Part shown: in pieces, positions 1 to 16,002 of the stretch | Numbering within the stretch: the stretch's first letter is position 1 | Layout of the letters: each line of letters starts with the position of its first letter | Assembly (NCBI RefSeq): GCF_009914755.1 | Contig: NC_060927.1 | Source: the human T2T-CHM13v2.0 reference genome, Homo sapiens | Length of the DNA stretch: 64,000 nucleotides | Strand: one strand, 5' to 3' | Notes under the pieces: model-generated | What the model saw: only the letters and a program-made list of their open reading frames with translations | The model's database searches: none | What the model was told of the DNA's origin: nothing | Translations under genes and position numbers: made by a program

Positions 1-690
<690 letters not shown>

Positions 691-732
691 AGATTGTGAT
701 CTTACATCCTAAAACAACTCATTCTGACAGAT

Positions 733-1529
<797 letters not shown>

Positions 1530-1669
1530 TGATAAGTGACTCTCCTGAGGCCACCCCACTAACTGGTGCCAGAGCTGGGATTCAGACTCCATCCAGCTGG
1601 CCCAGAGCTGAGCTTCTCGCCCTGCACTGCCCCACCCGCGCCATCCCCACCTCTGATCACCTCCCGTCA

Positions 1670-1873
1670 GCACTGACACAAGAAGGCAGAGCGCGGCTCG
1701 CCTGACCTCAGCTGGGAATGTGGGCATTCAGTGACTCTAAGGTCTTGGTTCCCTGCATATGTCCACGAATGACCACAAAAGTGCTACAAATACTGATTTG
1801 GGGGTTACAAATAAATGTTAGGGAGTAGGTGAATTTGCAAATACAGAACCTGTGAATAATTAAGATCAGCTGT
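1670..1873 (-). mobile_element. MER82-like (TcMar-Tigger) fragment
   Basis: 'ttggggttacaaataaatgttag...gaatttgcaaatacagaacctgtgaataattaagatcagctg' matches the terminus; homologous to 36690-36868. Confidence 0.7.
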
Positions 1874-1996
1874 ACATTTTTCCTATTCTCCATGAGAACT
1901 AGCCTCCCCTTCTTCCCATCCTTGCCCTTTTCTCCCACAATTTTTGTTATCAGGGCTCTGAATTTTTCCAGAGTCGCTGATTAAAAAGCCTCTCCA

Positions 1997-2243
<247 letters not shown>

Positions 2244-5200
2244 GCCTCTCCAAAAACGTCATCAAAATATACATCTGTGCAGGCTAATGACAGCCCTAAA
2301 GAGCCAGATGGACATGCGTGTGTGGACATATGGAGACACATTTGATCTTCGTGGGCCCAGCCAGCACCATTCCTCATGGCTTTGTGAGGACCTGGAAGAC
2401 AAGGCAGATCATGGGAATGTCTCTTGCCAACACTTTATAGGGTTTCAGAATAAATAGGAAAAAGGGAGTACTAATTTATGGCAAGGGAATTAGGCTGCAT
2501 GGAAGATGAATCAACGTGATCTGCTCAAAATGGACAGGATATTCTGCTAGGGCAGGATAATTTTTGTGGAATTTGGGGAAATAAAAAAGTGTGCAAGTAC
2601 CTTTATCTTGAAAAATTGTATCGTAATTCTTATACCATTATCTCGTATCCTGCTCCTTCAATCCCAATCTCTTTTCACAATAGAATATTATTTTTTCCGA
2701 TTTTATGGGGATTAAAATGTCTTTTTGCCATGTCTTTTTTGACCTAGACTCAGACCATCATTTCTCCAATATTATTGGTTATACATATTGGGCCTATTCA
2801 GTGTGGGAGGGGACCACACCGAGCGTGAAAACCAAGATGAGAGAATCACGGGGGGTCATCTTGGAGGCTTGACTGCCATGTTGAGTTACTCCCTTGCTCA
2901 AGAACTGTCACTGGTTCCTTATTGCCTGGCTCTAAGGTACAAATTCAGAACTCAACTGATCCTCTTTCATTAACTCCACTTTCTAAGCCCCATTTCTCTG
3001 TCTTATAAGGTTTGCAGGCTGCTGATCCCCACACACAATATGTCCCTCCCCACCTTTGACTATGCCACTGCCCCCAGCTTAAAGCATTCTTCCTGCTCAT
3101 TTCACCATGTCAAGATCATCTTTCTCTGGATAGCATTCTGGACAGGAATAGGAACATCTGGAAGTCTTCCAAGGGATAATAATCTAATGAAAGAGGAAGC
3201 CAGGCTCCCAGGTGTCTTCCAGTGATGATTTTCAGAGGTCTAAGAAAAGGGATAATCCAGAGAGCCACTGTAGGGGACAGAGGAAGGAGACTTCTGTCAC
3301 TCAGATTTGTCCTCAGCTAAGTCCTTTAGGGGTTTATATTGGAGTCCTGGAGGAGAATGAGAAGCTGGGAGCAAGGAAGCATTCCAAAAGCTGCTCTCCC
3401 ACTTATTCTGTGAGCCATAAAGCTAAAAGCCATATGAGGTTGGCCCTCATGTGACAAAGTATGATGAAAACAGAGAGAGAGAGAGAGAGAATGATAGAGA
3501 TTCTCAGGGTATCAGAGGCACCAGCAAGGAGATCCTAGCCCAGTGCAGACCCCTGGAAACACCCTCACAGACATCATGGACATTACCAACATGAGTTGCA
3601 GCAGGATTGGGGAACATGGTGGCTGCCACAGATGGCCAAGAGAACTTTTCTAACAGCACATCTGAGCCACTCACTGTGTGCTCCCAGAAGTGATTGCCTT
3701 GCAGGAGGCTGGGGGTCCTGCAACAGCAAGCCTGGGTGAGAGCTAAATAAATATGGGGCTTTGTTTGTATGCGACTCCACTGTACTCCCCAGAGCAGCCC
3801 ATGTCATTTCTCCTGTGGGGCTGAGAGTGAGTGCAATTCATCCCCTTGGTGGAGCTTCCAAAGGCTTCAGAAAAACAGGTGAATTGTGAGTGGCCCATTT
3901 AATTTCAGTAAACAGAGAAACTCATCCCCTGCAACCTCCCCAAACAAAACCCCTCAGAGTGGATCCCTGTGTTGATGACTAGGAGGAAGAAATGTTTGCA
4001 TGGTAAAAGGAATTCTTTCTCAAGGGCGGGGATAAAAAGGGGAGGAAAAACTAACTATACCTTTACCTCTATAAGCAACGGTGGAAAATAGAAGGTGTGG
4101 CATTTCTTTGTATCACTGAAGACAAAATCAGCATCTTAATTTATCATCACTCTCATAGCTGTTGACAAGGCTATGATAACATTGAGTCCTTGGCCTCTAA
4201 GAGATTTTAATCTGGTAGGGGAATTCTTAAAACAGCATTAGCTGAGTGAGAGCCAAAGTGGGGTCAGGAGAGAGGATGGGGAAGGAAGTGCTGAGAGGCC
4301 TCAGACAACAAAGATGTCAGAGTTCCCAAGAGGGGCCATCTCTGAGGGCCGGATTCAGGGGACCTTGGGGGAAGGGTTACAGGAGCTACATCTCAGGGGC
4401 TAGGTTTGGCAAGTGGGGTTTAATGCAAGGGAGAGGAAACCAGGGAAAGGCATTCTGGACCTCATAGGTAAAGTTATAAAAGTTTCCCTAGAATCTCTGC
4501 TGGTGTCTGGGACATGTTCAGCCAAGGCCTTTCTTTTGCTGTGATGGTGCAAATACCAGGTCCAGCCCAGAGTGAAAACAGCTGTGTGTCTCTCATGTGC
4601 CCCCTACCTCGTGTGTTTCCATTAACTCATCTGCACATTGTTCAATGACAATTATGCTTTCTGGCTACTCACCTATTTAAACCCTCAGACTGTAATGGCA
4701 AATACAATAAATCTCCACAGTGGCAACTAAATATTGTCTGCAGAAATTGTGGCAGTTTGAGTCATGATGCTGAGGATGTGAGGTTTGCTTGGGTAGATCT
4801 CCTAGTGCAGGCCAGGAATGGGTCAGAAACCTTCCCTAGAAAGAACATGTTCTTCAGATGTTACAGGGCAAGTGTGGTGACCAGGAGAAACTCCAGACAT
4901 GTTGAGTGGCAAATGGGACAGGTAGACAGCACTAGGTGGAGTCTTGGGAGGACAGCAAGGACCAGGCATGAGGAAACGGTGTCATCTTTACCAGTTCCTG
5001 ATTTTCCAGTGGCATTTGCAGGCTTAGAGGTGGAGTCACTGCTCTTGGTTAACCAGCCCCAGGGTCCTGTATTATGCCTGTATTTTCCCTACACATTAAA
5101 AAAAAAGTACCTGTATTAATTCTCCTCATAGTAAGGGGAAAAATAGCCAGGTTTTTGAAAGACTTAGGAGGAGCGGTAGAAAACTGCCTTCCAGTGGCAG

Positions 5201-5559
5201 TCAAAGAAAGAATGGTTGATCTTCAGTCTGGACTCGTTGCTCTGAGGACAAAGATGGCTTTAGTTTTCTCTTCATAAGATCAAGGGCTAGCAGCCAAACC
5301 AACCAGCCAACCCACCAAATACTCTATTTAGTATCCAAACTCTGGCTGCAAATTCATAATTAACCAAGCCAAGGGAAAGGCAGAGGGGAATGAATGTTTG
5401 TCCAGGCTCAGCAGGCAATAGGAAAGTAATGCTGTGTGCTCTGGGAGAGCTGCAGGCCTTGCTACTGAGGACACGTGACTCTAAGGTCTGCTTTATTACC
5501 CCAACCTTTCAGTTGTTAAACATCTTGTGAATTATAAAAGAATGATCCTTATCACATCC

Positions 5560-6520
5560 CACAAGCCTTCCTGGTTTGGCTATGGTTCCTTATTCCTGCC
5601 TGGGGTCTTTACCATTGTCCCTCTACTTGGAATGCTTTTCCCCTGTTCTTCACTTACATAGCATCTACTTAGCCTTTGGGTCTCAGGCAAATGTTACTCC
5701 CTCAGTGAGTCCTATTGGACTGATCAACTGGGACTGTGTTTGATTGCAAGTGAGAGAAAACTCAACTTCTGAAGCTTAAAAAAGTGGGGTTTATTTTCCT
5801 AACTTAAGAGGTAGGCAGAGGTACAGAGTGCAAGCTGAGCCACAGCTTGACGATGTTGTCAAGAACCAGGCTTTTCCTGTCTTTCCATCCCTCTGTCCTT
5901 ACAGTACTTGGCATGCTGCCTCGTGGTTGCAAGACAGCTGCCATGCCTCCAGGCATCACCTCTACACTTCAGTCTGGAAGAAGAGGAAAGGACAAAGAAG
6001 AAAGGATAAAGAACAAGGGCTGTTACAACTAGGTCTATTTTTTTTATCAGAAAACCAAAATATTTTAGGAAGGTCTAATTAACAGACTTTGGCTTTCATT
6101 TTATTGGCCAGAAATAGATTACATGGCCTCTCCACAACCAATCACTGGTCAAGGGAAATAAGAATTCAAAGACTGCTTAGAACAACTTCAAGTCATCCCT
6201 TGAGCTGGGTAAAGGCCTGTACTCTCCAAGACAAAAGGATTCCTAGGTACTTGAAATAATCAGGGTTGTGTTAGCAACAAATGTTGTCTGTTATGTCCTC
6301 CCTAGCTATCCAATGAAATGAGCCCCTTATACTCTCAATGCCCTTGCTGCAATTTGCCATTATATGTTCATTTATGTGTTTACTTGTATAACACCTAAAT
6401 GCCGCACTAGACTTAAAGCTGCAGGAGGGAAGATACTATAAATGCTTTGTTCCCTATTCAACACCTAGCATAGCACTGAGCATATGGTAAGCTCTACAGG
6501 CATCTTTATTGAACCAATGA
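5560..6520 (+). mobile_element. L2 3' fragments interrupted by an old MLT1J/K-like LTR (~5725-6275)
   Basis: L2 3' end motif 'acctagcatagcactgagcatatggtaagctc...ttattgaa'; MLT1-like 'gcaagtgagagaaaactcaac' and 'ttattggccagaa'. Confidence 0.5.
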
Positions 6521-6528
6521 AAGAAACA

Positions 6529-6828
6529 GGCTAGGTGTGGTGGCTCACACCTGTAATCCCAGCACTTTGGGAGGCCAAGGTAGGAGGATCGCTTGAGGCC
6601 AGGAGTTAGAGACCTCAGCTTGGGCAACATAGTGAGATCCCATCTCTACAAAAAATACAAAAACTGGTTGGGCATGTTGGTATGCACCTGTAGTCCTAGC
6701 TACTCAAGATACTGAGGCAGAAGGATGGCTTGAACCCAGGAGTTGAGGCTGCAGTGAGCCGTGATTACACCACTGCACTCCAGCCTGGGCAACAGAGTGA
6801 GACCCTGTCTCAAAAAAAAAAAAAAAAA
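6529..6828 (+). mobile_element. AluJ
   Basis: 'ggaggatcgcttgaggccaggagtt', 'gagaccctgtctc' plus A-tail. Confidence 0.92.
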
Positions 6829-6979
6829 ATCCTTGCTAAAGAGGTCATGCAATATGCACAGAAATAGCTGAAATAGCTCCTGTAACAGGGACCTGCTTCT
6901 CTACTTTTGCAGCACTTGATGTTTCTGGTTAGAGAATTCTTCCTAATGTTGATCTGACTCTCTTTGATTTCCACCCTTA

Positions 6980-7364
6980 TCATGGGCTGAATTGTGTCCC
7001 CACAAAATTCATGTTTTGAATTCCTAACTCCCAGCGCTTTAGCTTCAGAAGATGACTGTATTTGGAGATGGGGGTCTTTAAAGGGGTAATTAAGGTTAAA
7101 TGAGGTCACTGGGGTGGGCCCCACTCCAATTTGACTGATGTCAAAGAAGAGATGAAGGCAGAGACAGGCCTAGAGGGAAGAACACATGAAGACACATGCG
7201 GAAGACAGCCATGGCAAACCAGGGAGAGAAGCCTCAGAAGAAACCAGCTCTGCCGAGACCTTCATCTAAGATGTCTAGCTTCCAGAAAAGCAAGAAAATA
7301 AATGTCTGTTGTTGAAGTCACCCAGTCTGGAATACTTTGTTGTGGCAGCCCTTGAAGACAAGTA
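6980..7364 (+). mobile_element. MLT1B/C solo LTR
   Basis: 'gggctgaattgtgtcccc...aaattcatgt', 'ttaaggttaaatgaggtca', 'ttgttgtggcagccct'. Confidence 0.8.
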
Positions 7365-8999
7365 CAGCCCCTCTCCGTTGCAGACCATCACAATCTTCAA
7401 GACACCCATCATATCAGCTCTGCAAAGTCTGTTTTTGTAAATACATTTTGTAGCAGGGCACCAAGTCAGCTCCCCTCTAACTCCAAAACTTGTGTCCTTT
7501 TTCTTTATCAAAGCAGCCAAATGGAAGATAGGCAGGGGATATAATTTGCTTGTGTGCTAGTTTCTTTCCCTGAGGCAATAGTGACACTTTGCATTCTTGA
7601 TCTTTCCTTGGATTGGTGATAGTAGAACAGTTCTCACTTGGGTTTTCTTCCAGAGCATTCGTGGGTTAACATCCTTTCTCCAATTCTTATAAGCAAATAA
7701 TAGCCAAATGTGATTCATTCTTGCCCGAAAATGTTGATCCTTAGAATGGATTTATGTAAGTGTCTCTGAATACAACAAATTTTCCTTTGTTAGTGATTTG
7801 TGGTAGCTAATGTCGTAATAGTGATCTCACTTCAGCAAGATATTGGCTCTCCCCTCATGAGTGGTATGTTAGTCAGCAACCACTACAATATGCTGCATGA
7901 CAAACTACTTAAATCTTGTTTTAATGCCTGTGGGTTGACCAAGGCAGCTCTGCTTCAAGCTGAGGCTCAAGTTCATATTTTCTCTGCATCTCTCATTCTT
8001 GACCCAAGATTTGGGGCAGTGGTGACCTGGAGCATAATTGTCTAATGATGGAGGTTAGAGTCTCTTGGAGGGGGAGGCAGAAATATGATGGCCCTGAAAA
8101 TGTAGGCCTGGAGTGAGCATATTTTCACTTCCACTCACATTTCATTGGCTAAGCAGTCACAAGAACAAGCCCAACATGAATGTGTCTGGGGATATCCCTC
8201 CTCCAGGGAGGGGATAAAAGGAGTGAATATTTGTTTAACAGTAATCTAGTCTACCGCAGGTGGTCAGGAGAGTCCTGGGGTAGAGGCCATCAGCCTGGGA
8301 AAGCCCTGGAAGCTAGGCTTCCATCAAGTAGTGGGGAGACCCCAGGGAAACTGGGAGTGGATAGATCTAAAGAATGAGGCAATTCTTGACCTTGGGAGGG
8401 TACAGAGTTAGAGCCCGAGTATTCAGAACTGTGGTGAACTCCAAAAGGCCAATGGTGTATCCAAGAGCAGGACTGTGGTCTGGGGAGTCTGCAGCATTTT
8501 GGAAGGTACCTGCTGGTGTGAGGGTGTATATACCTGTTGGAAGATCCCAGGTCAGGAGGTTAGAAAAAATACTCTCGAGGTGCTTCCCTACTTCTCTCTC
8601 CATGTAGTCCTCTTCATATTTACCCTCCTCTCTGGGGCCCACTTTTTCTCCCTCTTGCTCAACCCTGCTTTCAGACCATATCCCTTCTTCACTCTTCCAT
8701 GCCCCTTCCCACAAAAATGTCCACAAGGCCTTCCATACTGACACCCGTGCATCCTTTGGAGAAACGGATCAACTTGCAATTTGCATGAATGAAACTACAT
8801 GGGTGGCTCATTTGTAACTCTATCCTGACTTGGAAGCTGAGGATGCAGAGACCCTCAGAGTAACTAGCTTGCTGAGGCTCTCTGAGGTCCTCATATCAGT
8901 TAGAGCAAGGCTGGGACCACCACTGTGCTTTGGGGGTTTATCATTTCTACTACTGATGACCTACTGTTTTAAAGTTCACTGACTTGTATTATTTCTAAT

Positions 9000-9990
9000 T
9001 TAATTTCAACAACTATATATTATTTCTCATGAGTATGCGGGTCAGCTTGGGGTCAGGGACTCTAGGTTGGGCTCAGCTGTGTGGCTCTGCTAGTCTCTGC
9101 TGGGCTCACTCATGCACAACCAGCTGGGGCTAGACAGATCTAAGATGGATCTGGAAAGTGGCCCTGCTCCACACATCTCTCTTTCCCTTCCTGTACTGAT
9201 GGGCTAGCCCAAGTGTGCCTTTCTCAAGGCAATCACAGAAGTGCAAGAGAACAAACAGAAGTGCTTTCAAGGCCTCTTGAAGCCTAGACTCAGAATTGTC
9301 ATACTATCTGTCATTCAGAGGTTCCCCAAGACCACCTGTAAGTTCACTGATTCACTGGAAGGACTCACAGAATGCAGCAAAGCTGTTATACTCATGGTTA
9401 CAGTTTACTATAGGAAAATGATACATATTAAATCAGCCATGGAGAAAAGGTGCATAGGAGACAGCAGGTGCAAACTTCCAGCTGTCCTCTCCCAGTGGAG
9501 TTGCACAGACAGGGCTTAATTCTCCCAGCCAGGATGTATGGCAACATACATGGAACATGGCCACCCAGGGAAGCTCACTCCAACCTTAGTGTCCAGGGTT
9601 CTTATTGGGGTCTGGTCACATAGGCATGGCTGACTGCCCATGTGGTGGGCTTTAGTTTCCAACTTCTCCAGAGGTCACCTGAATACTATGTGGCTCACAG
9701 CCCCCGCCATAAATCTCATTTAGTGTAGACTATGTGACATGACCCACGGGCTCCAGGTAAACAATGACATTCTTATCAGGCTGCCACAGGCCAAAACTTG
9801 CTTTGGAATGGGCAGGTTTGGACCACCCAGGTGTGCTGAGTTAATCCTTCATTGCACAGCATCCTTCTGCCTCCTTCTATTGGCTAAAGCACCGCTGACA
9901 CAGCTGAATCCAGGCAGATTGGGAGGTCACTACAGTCGCATAACAAAGGGCATGGATTCAGAGAGAGGTGATGATCTGGGGCCATTAATG
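9000..9990 (-). mobile_element. Old MLT1H/I-like LTR split by a MER21/MER77-like ERVL LTR (~9309-9857)
   Basis: Inner 'ccccaagaccacc...gaaggactcacagaa...gctgttatactcatggttacagtttac'; host reads 'cagaattgtcatactatc|...|cttctgcctccttctattggctaaagca' across the insert. Confidence 0.6.
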
Positions 9991-11367
9991 CAATTCACCA
10001 TGAAGGCCCCACCTGGGCTGAGGCGTGGGCTAGCACATGGGCAGCCACGGGTGGTCATCCTCGTCTTATCGCTGCTGGGACATAATGCATACTCACATCT
10101 CTGTCCTGTGCTGTTCTCCACCTTCTCACAACCTCTCCTCTATCCAGAAAGTTCCAACTCAAATTTCAAGACTTTCCTCCTCCATGAAGCCCTCCCTGGC
10201 CACCCCAGCAGACAGGGGCCTCTGCGTGAACAGACGATGATGAAACTAGTGATCACAGTTTTACCTTGTCTAATGCTTTGAGATGGGGAGACAGCTCCTT
10301 TGTCACGCTTTCTGATTCTTTGTCTGTCCCCTTCTCCTGATCATCCTCAAACTCAATTTCACCCAGGATAATGACTTACTCAGTTCCAGGTTTGCTTCGG
10401 AGACTCCCAGGCCCAGCCGTCTGGTTGTATTCCTGACTGAGGCCTGTTCTCTGCCAGGAGTGGAAAATGCAGATCCATTCTTCTGACTGCGGTTTCCAGT
10501 CCTCAGCTGGCACATTCCCCGCTTGATTCTTCTCCTCCCTCATGCGGAGGCTATTTCCACTGCAGCGCTAAAGTAGTTCGGACCCCTTACAATCCAAGCT
10601 CCATTTCCCAGGCCTGCAAAATGCTTTGTGAGCAAAGATATTGCCTTCTCCTTGATGCCCAGGGTGTGCAGGTGGCGGAACAATTCACATGGCCTGAATC
10701 ACAGCAACTCCTGGGCCTGTCTCAAAGCAAAACCAAGACACCTGATTGTTTTATCTGACCTTGAAGATGTCCACTGCCTCTTCCTAAATGCCACCTCCTC
10801 CATGAAACCTACCTTAATCCCTTAGCGGGAAGGATTTCTCCTCATTCTGAAAAATTACATCTCACAACACATTCTTCATAAGTGCCCCATCTCCCACACC
10901 ATGTTGTAGGTAATCTAAGGCCAGGGGCCATATCTGTTCCCTCCATGACACCCAAGGCTTAGGGCACTGTTCAGTGATAGCTGGTAAATGGTCTCAGACA
11001 GCCTCAGTCTCTAAAAGTCAAACTGGAAAGAGAAAGGAGAGGTCAGATGATCTCTATGTCCAACCCATCCCTGCAGGTCCAGAGCCGAGGAACAGGTGAG
11101 GCCACTCGATGGGGATACTGAGGCTGAGAAGGGGCCTCACAGTGCCAGGTGAGTGGCCAGTCAGGCAATAGGGAACTCGACTCCCTCACAGTGGGGATTT
11201 GTTTTAGTCACCTTTATATCTCAGGACTTAGTAAAACGCCACCCACCAAGAAATATCAAGACTAAACAAAGCCATGAGTGAGGAGCAGGCAGCAAGTTGG
11301 AAGCCAGAGGAGCAGGTAAAATCAGGCACTAACATTATAGATGGGACCAAAGCAAGTGGTTTCTTTA

Positions 11368-11490
11368 AATTTTTTTTTTTATTTTTCATTATTATGGGTG
11401 CGTAATAGTGTATATATTTATAGGGTCCATGTGATGTTTTGAAACAGACATGCAATGTGTAATGTAATCACATCAGAGTAATTGTGGGTA
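11368..11490 (-). mobile_element. L1MA-type 3' end fragment
   Basis: Poly(T) then 'gtatatatttatagggtccatgtgatgttttga...aatcacatcagagtaa'. Confidence 0.65.
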
Positions 11491-11819
11491 TTAATAAAAA
11501 GATCTTGAAAGGCTGAAGTTGGGGGTGGGATAGTGGTCCCAGAGTGAATCTGGTAGGCTTCATTTTTTTCCTGCTCCCTCCAGGGTCGGGGCTGTGGCCC
11601 TTAAGCAGCAGCTCACCCACCATCACCCCCAGGCTGTACCTATGTCAGAGACTTCGATAGCGTTTAGGAAGGACGCTCTGGCTTGCCCCCATCGATACTC
11701 AGGCATCAACTCATCCATGGTGGCACCATGTTTACAGGGCCACCAGTGGCCGGGGGTGTCTTGGGAAGACCAGACCAGTGGAAGCCCCAGTTAAAGGTAA
11801 GAGAAGCTCCCGGGTGCTC

Positions 11820-12790
11820 TAGAGAAGTGCTTCTCAAACCTGAATGCGAGCACGAGCCACTTGTGGATTTTGCTAAAATGCTGATTCTGGTTTGGTAGGT
11901 CTGGAGTAGGGCCTGAGATTCTACCTTCCTCACAAGGCACCCGGGTGTTGCTGACGCTGCTGGCTCGAGGACTTTATCTGAGTAGTGAGGGGCCAGACTA
12001 GCAATGGATCTTAATGCTGGCTGCAAATAATCACCTGGTGGAGCTTTAAAAAATACCAATATCTGTTGCCAATGGTGGGATGGCCTGCCATCGTGTGGGT
12101 GGTTCTCCAAGTGTGGTCCCTGGACCCACTGCATCAGCATCACCTGCAAACTTCTGAGAAATGCAAATCTCAGGTCTCACTCCACACCTCCCAAATCAGA
12201 AACTGTGGAGTAGGGCCCAGCAACTTGGGTTGTAACCAGCCCTCCAAGTGCATGCTGTAGTTTGTGAACCTCTGCATTTTTTTTGCATCCTAATCTTATG
12301 CAATGGGAAGTATACAACATCACACAAAATCATTTATGTGAGGTTCTTACTGGACATATTTGACTGAATCTAGTCATGAGGAAATTATGACTTTCTCAGG
12401 CTTAATAATGCTTTGTGGTTCTGCAGGAGAATGTCCATATTCTTACGGGAGGTGTGCTGCAACATTTAGGGGTGAAATGTCTATTTTCTTCAGCGACTTG
12501 AATGGTTAAAGGGAAATGTGTGTGTGCATGCATGTGTGTGTGTGTAATAAGGGAGATGGAGTAAAATTTCACTTTGTTGATTCAAATGTGTACCCAGTAT
12601 TCAGGGCCTTGATTCTATGGTAGCTTGTCTTAAACTGTGGTCATAAAACCACCTGCATCAGAACCTCTAGGCTGCTGGTTTAAAATGTAAATCCTGAACC
12701 TCATTTATACATAGGAATCGGGGTCTCTGGGGTAGGGCCTCAGGTAGGCACCATAGAGGGTTCAGAGCTAATATTTGAGAGTCATTGTTT
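11820..12790. mobile_element. Cluster of MER5A/MER5B (hAT-Charlie) copies
   Basis: Repeated 'gtgcttctcaaa', 'gcatcagcatcacctg', 'ggggtagggcc' motifs at ~11825, ~12100 and ~12625. Confidence 0.7.
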
Positions 12791-12804
12791 GACACTCTTT
12801 GTCA

Positions 12805-13170
12805 GAGAGTATTAGGTCACCAATCCAGACTGCTACAGGGTCCAGGAGGTAAACTGAACAAGTGAAGCAGCAGCTGGTGTAAGGCAGTCGACGCTGGTGG
12901 GGACTGCAGCAAATGACAGAATGTATGCCCAGTTTAAAGCTCCAACTTCCAGCTGACTGGGATACAATGTCTTGCTAGTGCTGCTCAGTGTTGCTAGATC
13001 TTTCTCTCTTTTTTCTCAAGAGACATCAGAAATCTGGAGTTTTTAATGTGAAACCCCTCAATTTTAAAATGTTGGTGACTTACTTAAAAAGTATTGAAAC
13101 ACCACTGAAGTGAAACAAAACATCTCTGGAAATAGTATTCAGCCTACTGACCACTCGTTTGCAATCTCTG
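12805..13170. mobile_element. MER102-like (hAT-Charlie)
   Basis: Ends 'cactcgtttgcaatctctg'; homologous in opposite orientation to 35455-35790. Confidence 0.55.
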
Positions 13171-14433
13171 GCATGGACTTAGCTAAGCAACCAGAGTACT
13201 ATGAGGGCCATGGTTCAAGGGTTCCCTAGCTCATCAGAGAAGAATTCCACAGCTTGTACTCTGATCATGTTGCCATGTCCCTGAACAATGACTTCCTCTG
13301 CAGGAATCTTCCCAAAGTTCCCCTACTGTTCATTAATGGTGTGATCTGTCCACAGTTTCCCTTCTAGGCTGTTAGTTGGTGGAGACAGGACTGTTTAGTG
13401 GCTGAAGCTGGGTGGCACAACATACCGAGTGTTCCTTGGCCTGCAGCCCAGAGGCCCCTGGTGCTCGATTTTCCTGGACCACAGTGCGTCTTGCTCACTG
13501 AAACCCTTACAGAACCAACAGCTGGAAAGTTGTTTGCTGAGCCCAACCTGGGATTGGGAGAGCAAGAGAACTTGTGTAGACAGCCCTTTCATTCTAAAGG
13601 GTTTTTCTTCCCATGTTGGGCACTTCCTGCAGCTCCCAATCCAATAACCATGTCAACTGTCCACAGATCCCAGGATACCGAGTCTCTGGTCCCATCAGTT
13701 CCACTAATCTATTGTATGAACTTGAACCAGTCACACCCTCTCTGCACTATCAGCTCCTCTCCTGTGGAAGGAGGCTATTGTCAGTGATTTTTCAGCAGCA
13801 GAGCTCTTTTTAAAAAATTCTACTGAAGTTTTCCAGCAAAACCCCAAAATAAAATCAATGCAATAAAGGCTTTCCTCAGGAAGTTTAATTCTTCCAAGGT
13901 TGAATGGTACATGTCAATGTTTGCCAAACCCCTCATGCATCTATAAGGTCCTAAGGAACAGAGTTTGAAAATTATGGGGCTTGCTCAAAGTCTTTTTTTA
14001 AAATTTGGAAATGCCATATCTAAGATGTTTTCGAGCAATTTCCTCTAGGTCTCCCATTAGTTCACACATTAACTGCAACTGCAAGGAAGTCCACCTCTCT
14101 GAGGCATTTATTGAAGCCTCCTGCTTACACAGAACAGTACTAGATGCTGTAAAGGGAAATAGCCATGGCCTCCAATTTAGGGTTATGGTTGACCTGGGGT
14201 GTCAAAGAGGAAAGGAACCTTGGACATATTCTAATCCTATATTTATAACCTATTCTAACCCATGGCCTCTTTCTGACAAATATAAAAATCTCACAGGCTC
14301 AGAGCTTTTGATGTAATCCCCACCAGTGGTTTGAGAAAGCTTTTGTCCAGCTTTGCCTTCTGTAAATTATATTATGAAAACAATAGGTATTTTTTTTATG
14401 TTCCAAACAAAAATTATGTAACAGTGTATTATT

Positions 14434-14807
<374 letters not shown>

Positions 14808-15735
14808 TCATCCCCTGCTTTCCACCTTTACCCCACCCTCATCTATTGACAATAACTGACTCCGTTCATTCTTTTTCATTTATATTGCACCTTGGTTTCC
14901 TCAACTATAAAATGTGAGGACATAATATGGAGAGTTGGAGCAGGGGATTGGTGAGGATACAGGTGAAACAAGGTTGGCCTTGAGTAGATAACTGTTGAAA
15001 CTGGGTGATGGGCACATAGGGATTCATTAACTCTTCTTTCCATTTTTATGTTATGAAATTTTCTATAATAAAAAGGTTAACATGAAGGTAATTTCTATAA
15101 TAAAAACATTAAAATAAAGATAATGTTACTGATTTGCAGGTTGATATTGAGTATTTTACCCAGTTGCAAGCCAAGAAGCACTATGAACAGCATCTTCATT
15201 TGCTGCAGCCACATCTGACCTTGGTTCCCATACCAAGTTGCCACTTCCTGACTGTAACCATTTGCGGCTATACCAGAATCTCACAATGTGCCCCGTGAAA
15301 AAAGACAAGGAAATGCAGCAGTCCAAGCCCCTAACTGGAGGAGGCTCCCGACTCTGGGGACTTACTCCTTCACTCATCTCCTGCCAGCAGCAGATGGAGC
15401 CGGTCTGGGCTATGGAAAGGCCCTGAGCGCAAAGGGTTAACACGCTGCCCCTGGAATGACTGGGCTTTCCCTCGATTGGTGCTGCCTTTCAGGCCCAGGC
15501 CTGCCTGATGATTCTTGGTGTAGGTTAAAGGACCATGAATTTGTGGCTCCTGAGTGCGTGGTAATGAGCTCAGGCACCAAAAATTGAGAACTGGTTATAC
15601 TTGGCTTCTCCATCCAGGTTGAAATAGCTCACCTGTATTCTGAGTGGTGAAGAAAGGGCTTTGAGAACACTGGATGCCTGAGGATGGGCAGTATAGCCTC
15701 CAAAAAAAAAAAGAATCAGAAGCTGGTACTAACTA

Positions 15736-16002
<267 letters not shown>

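Noticed and set aside
9739-10281. 180-aa ORF
   Set aside because: Runs across LTR remnants; no recognisable domain or exon structure.
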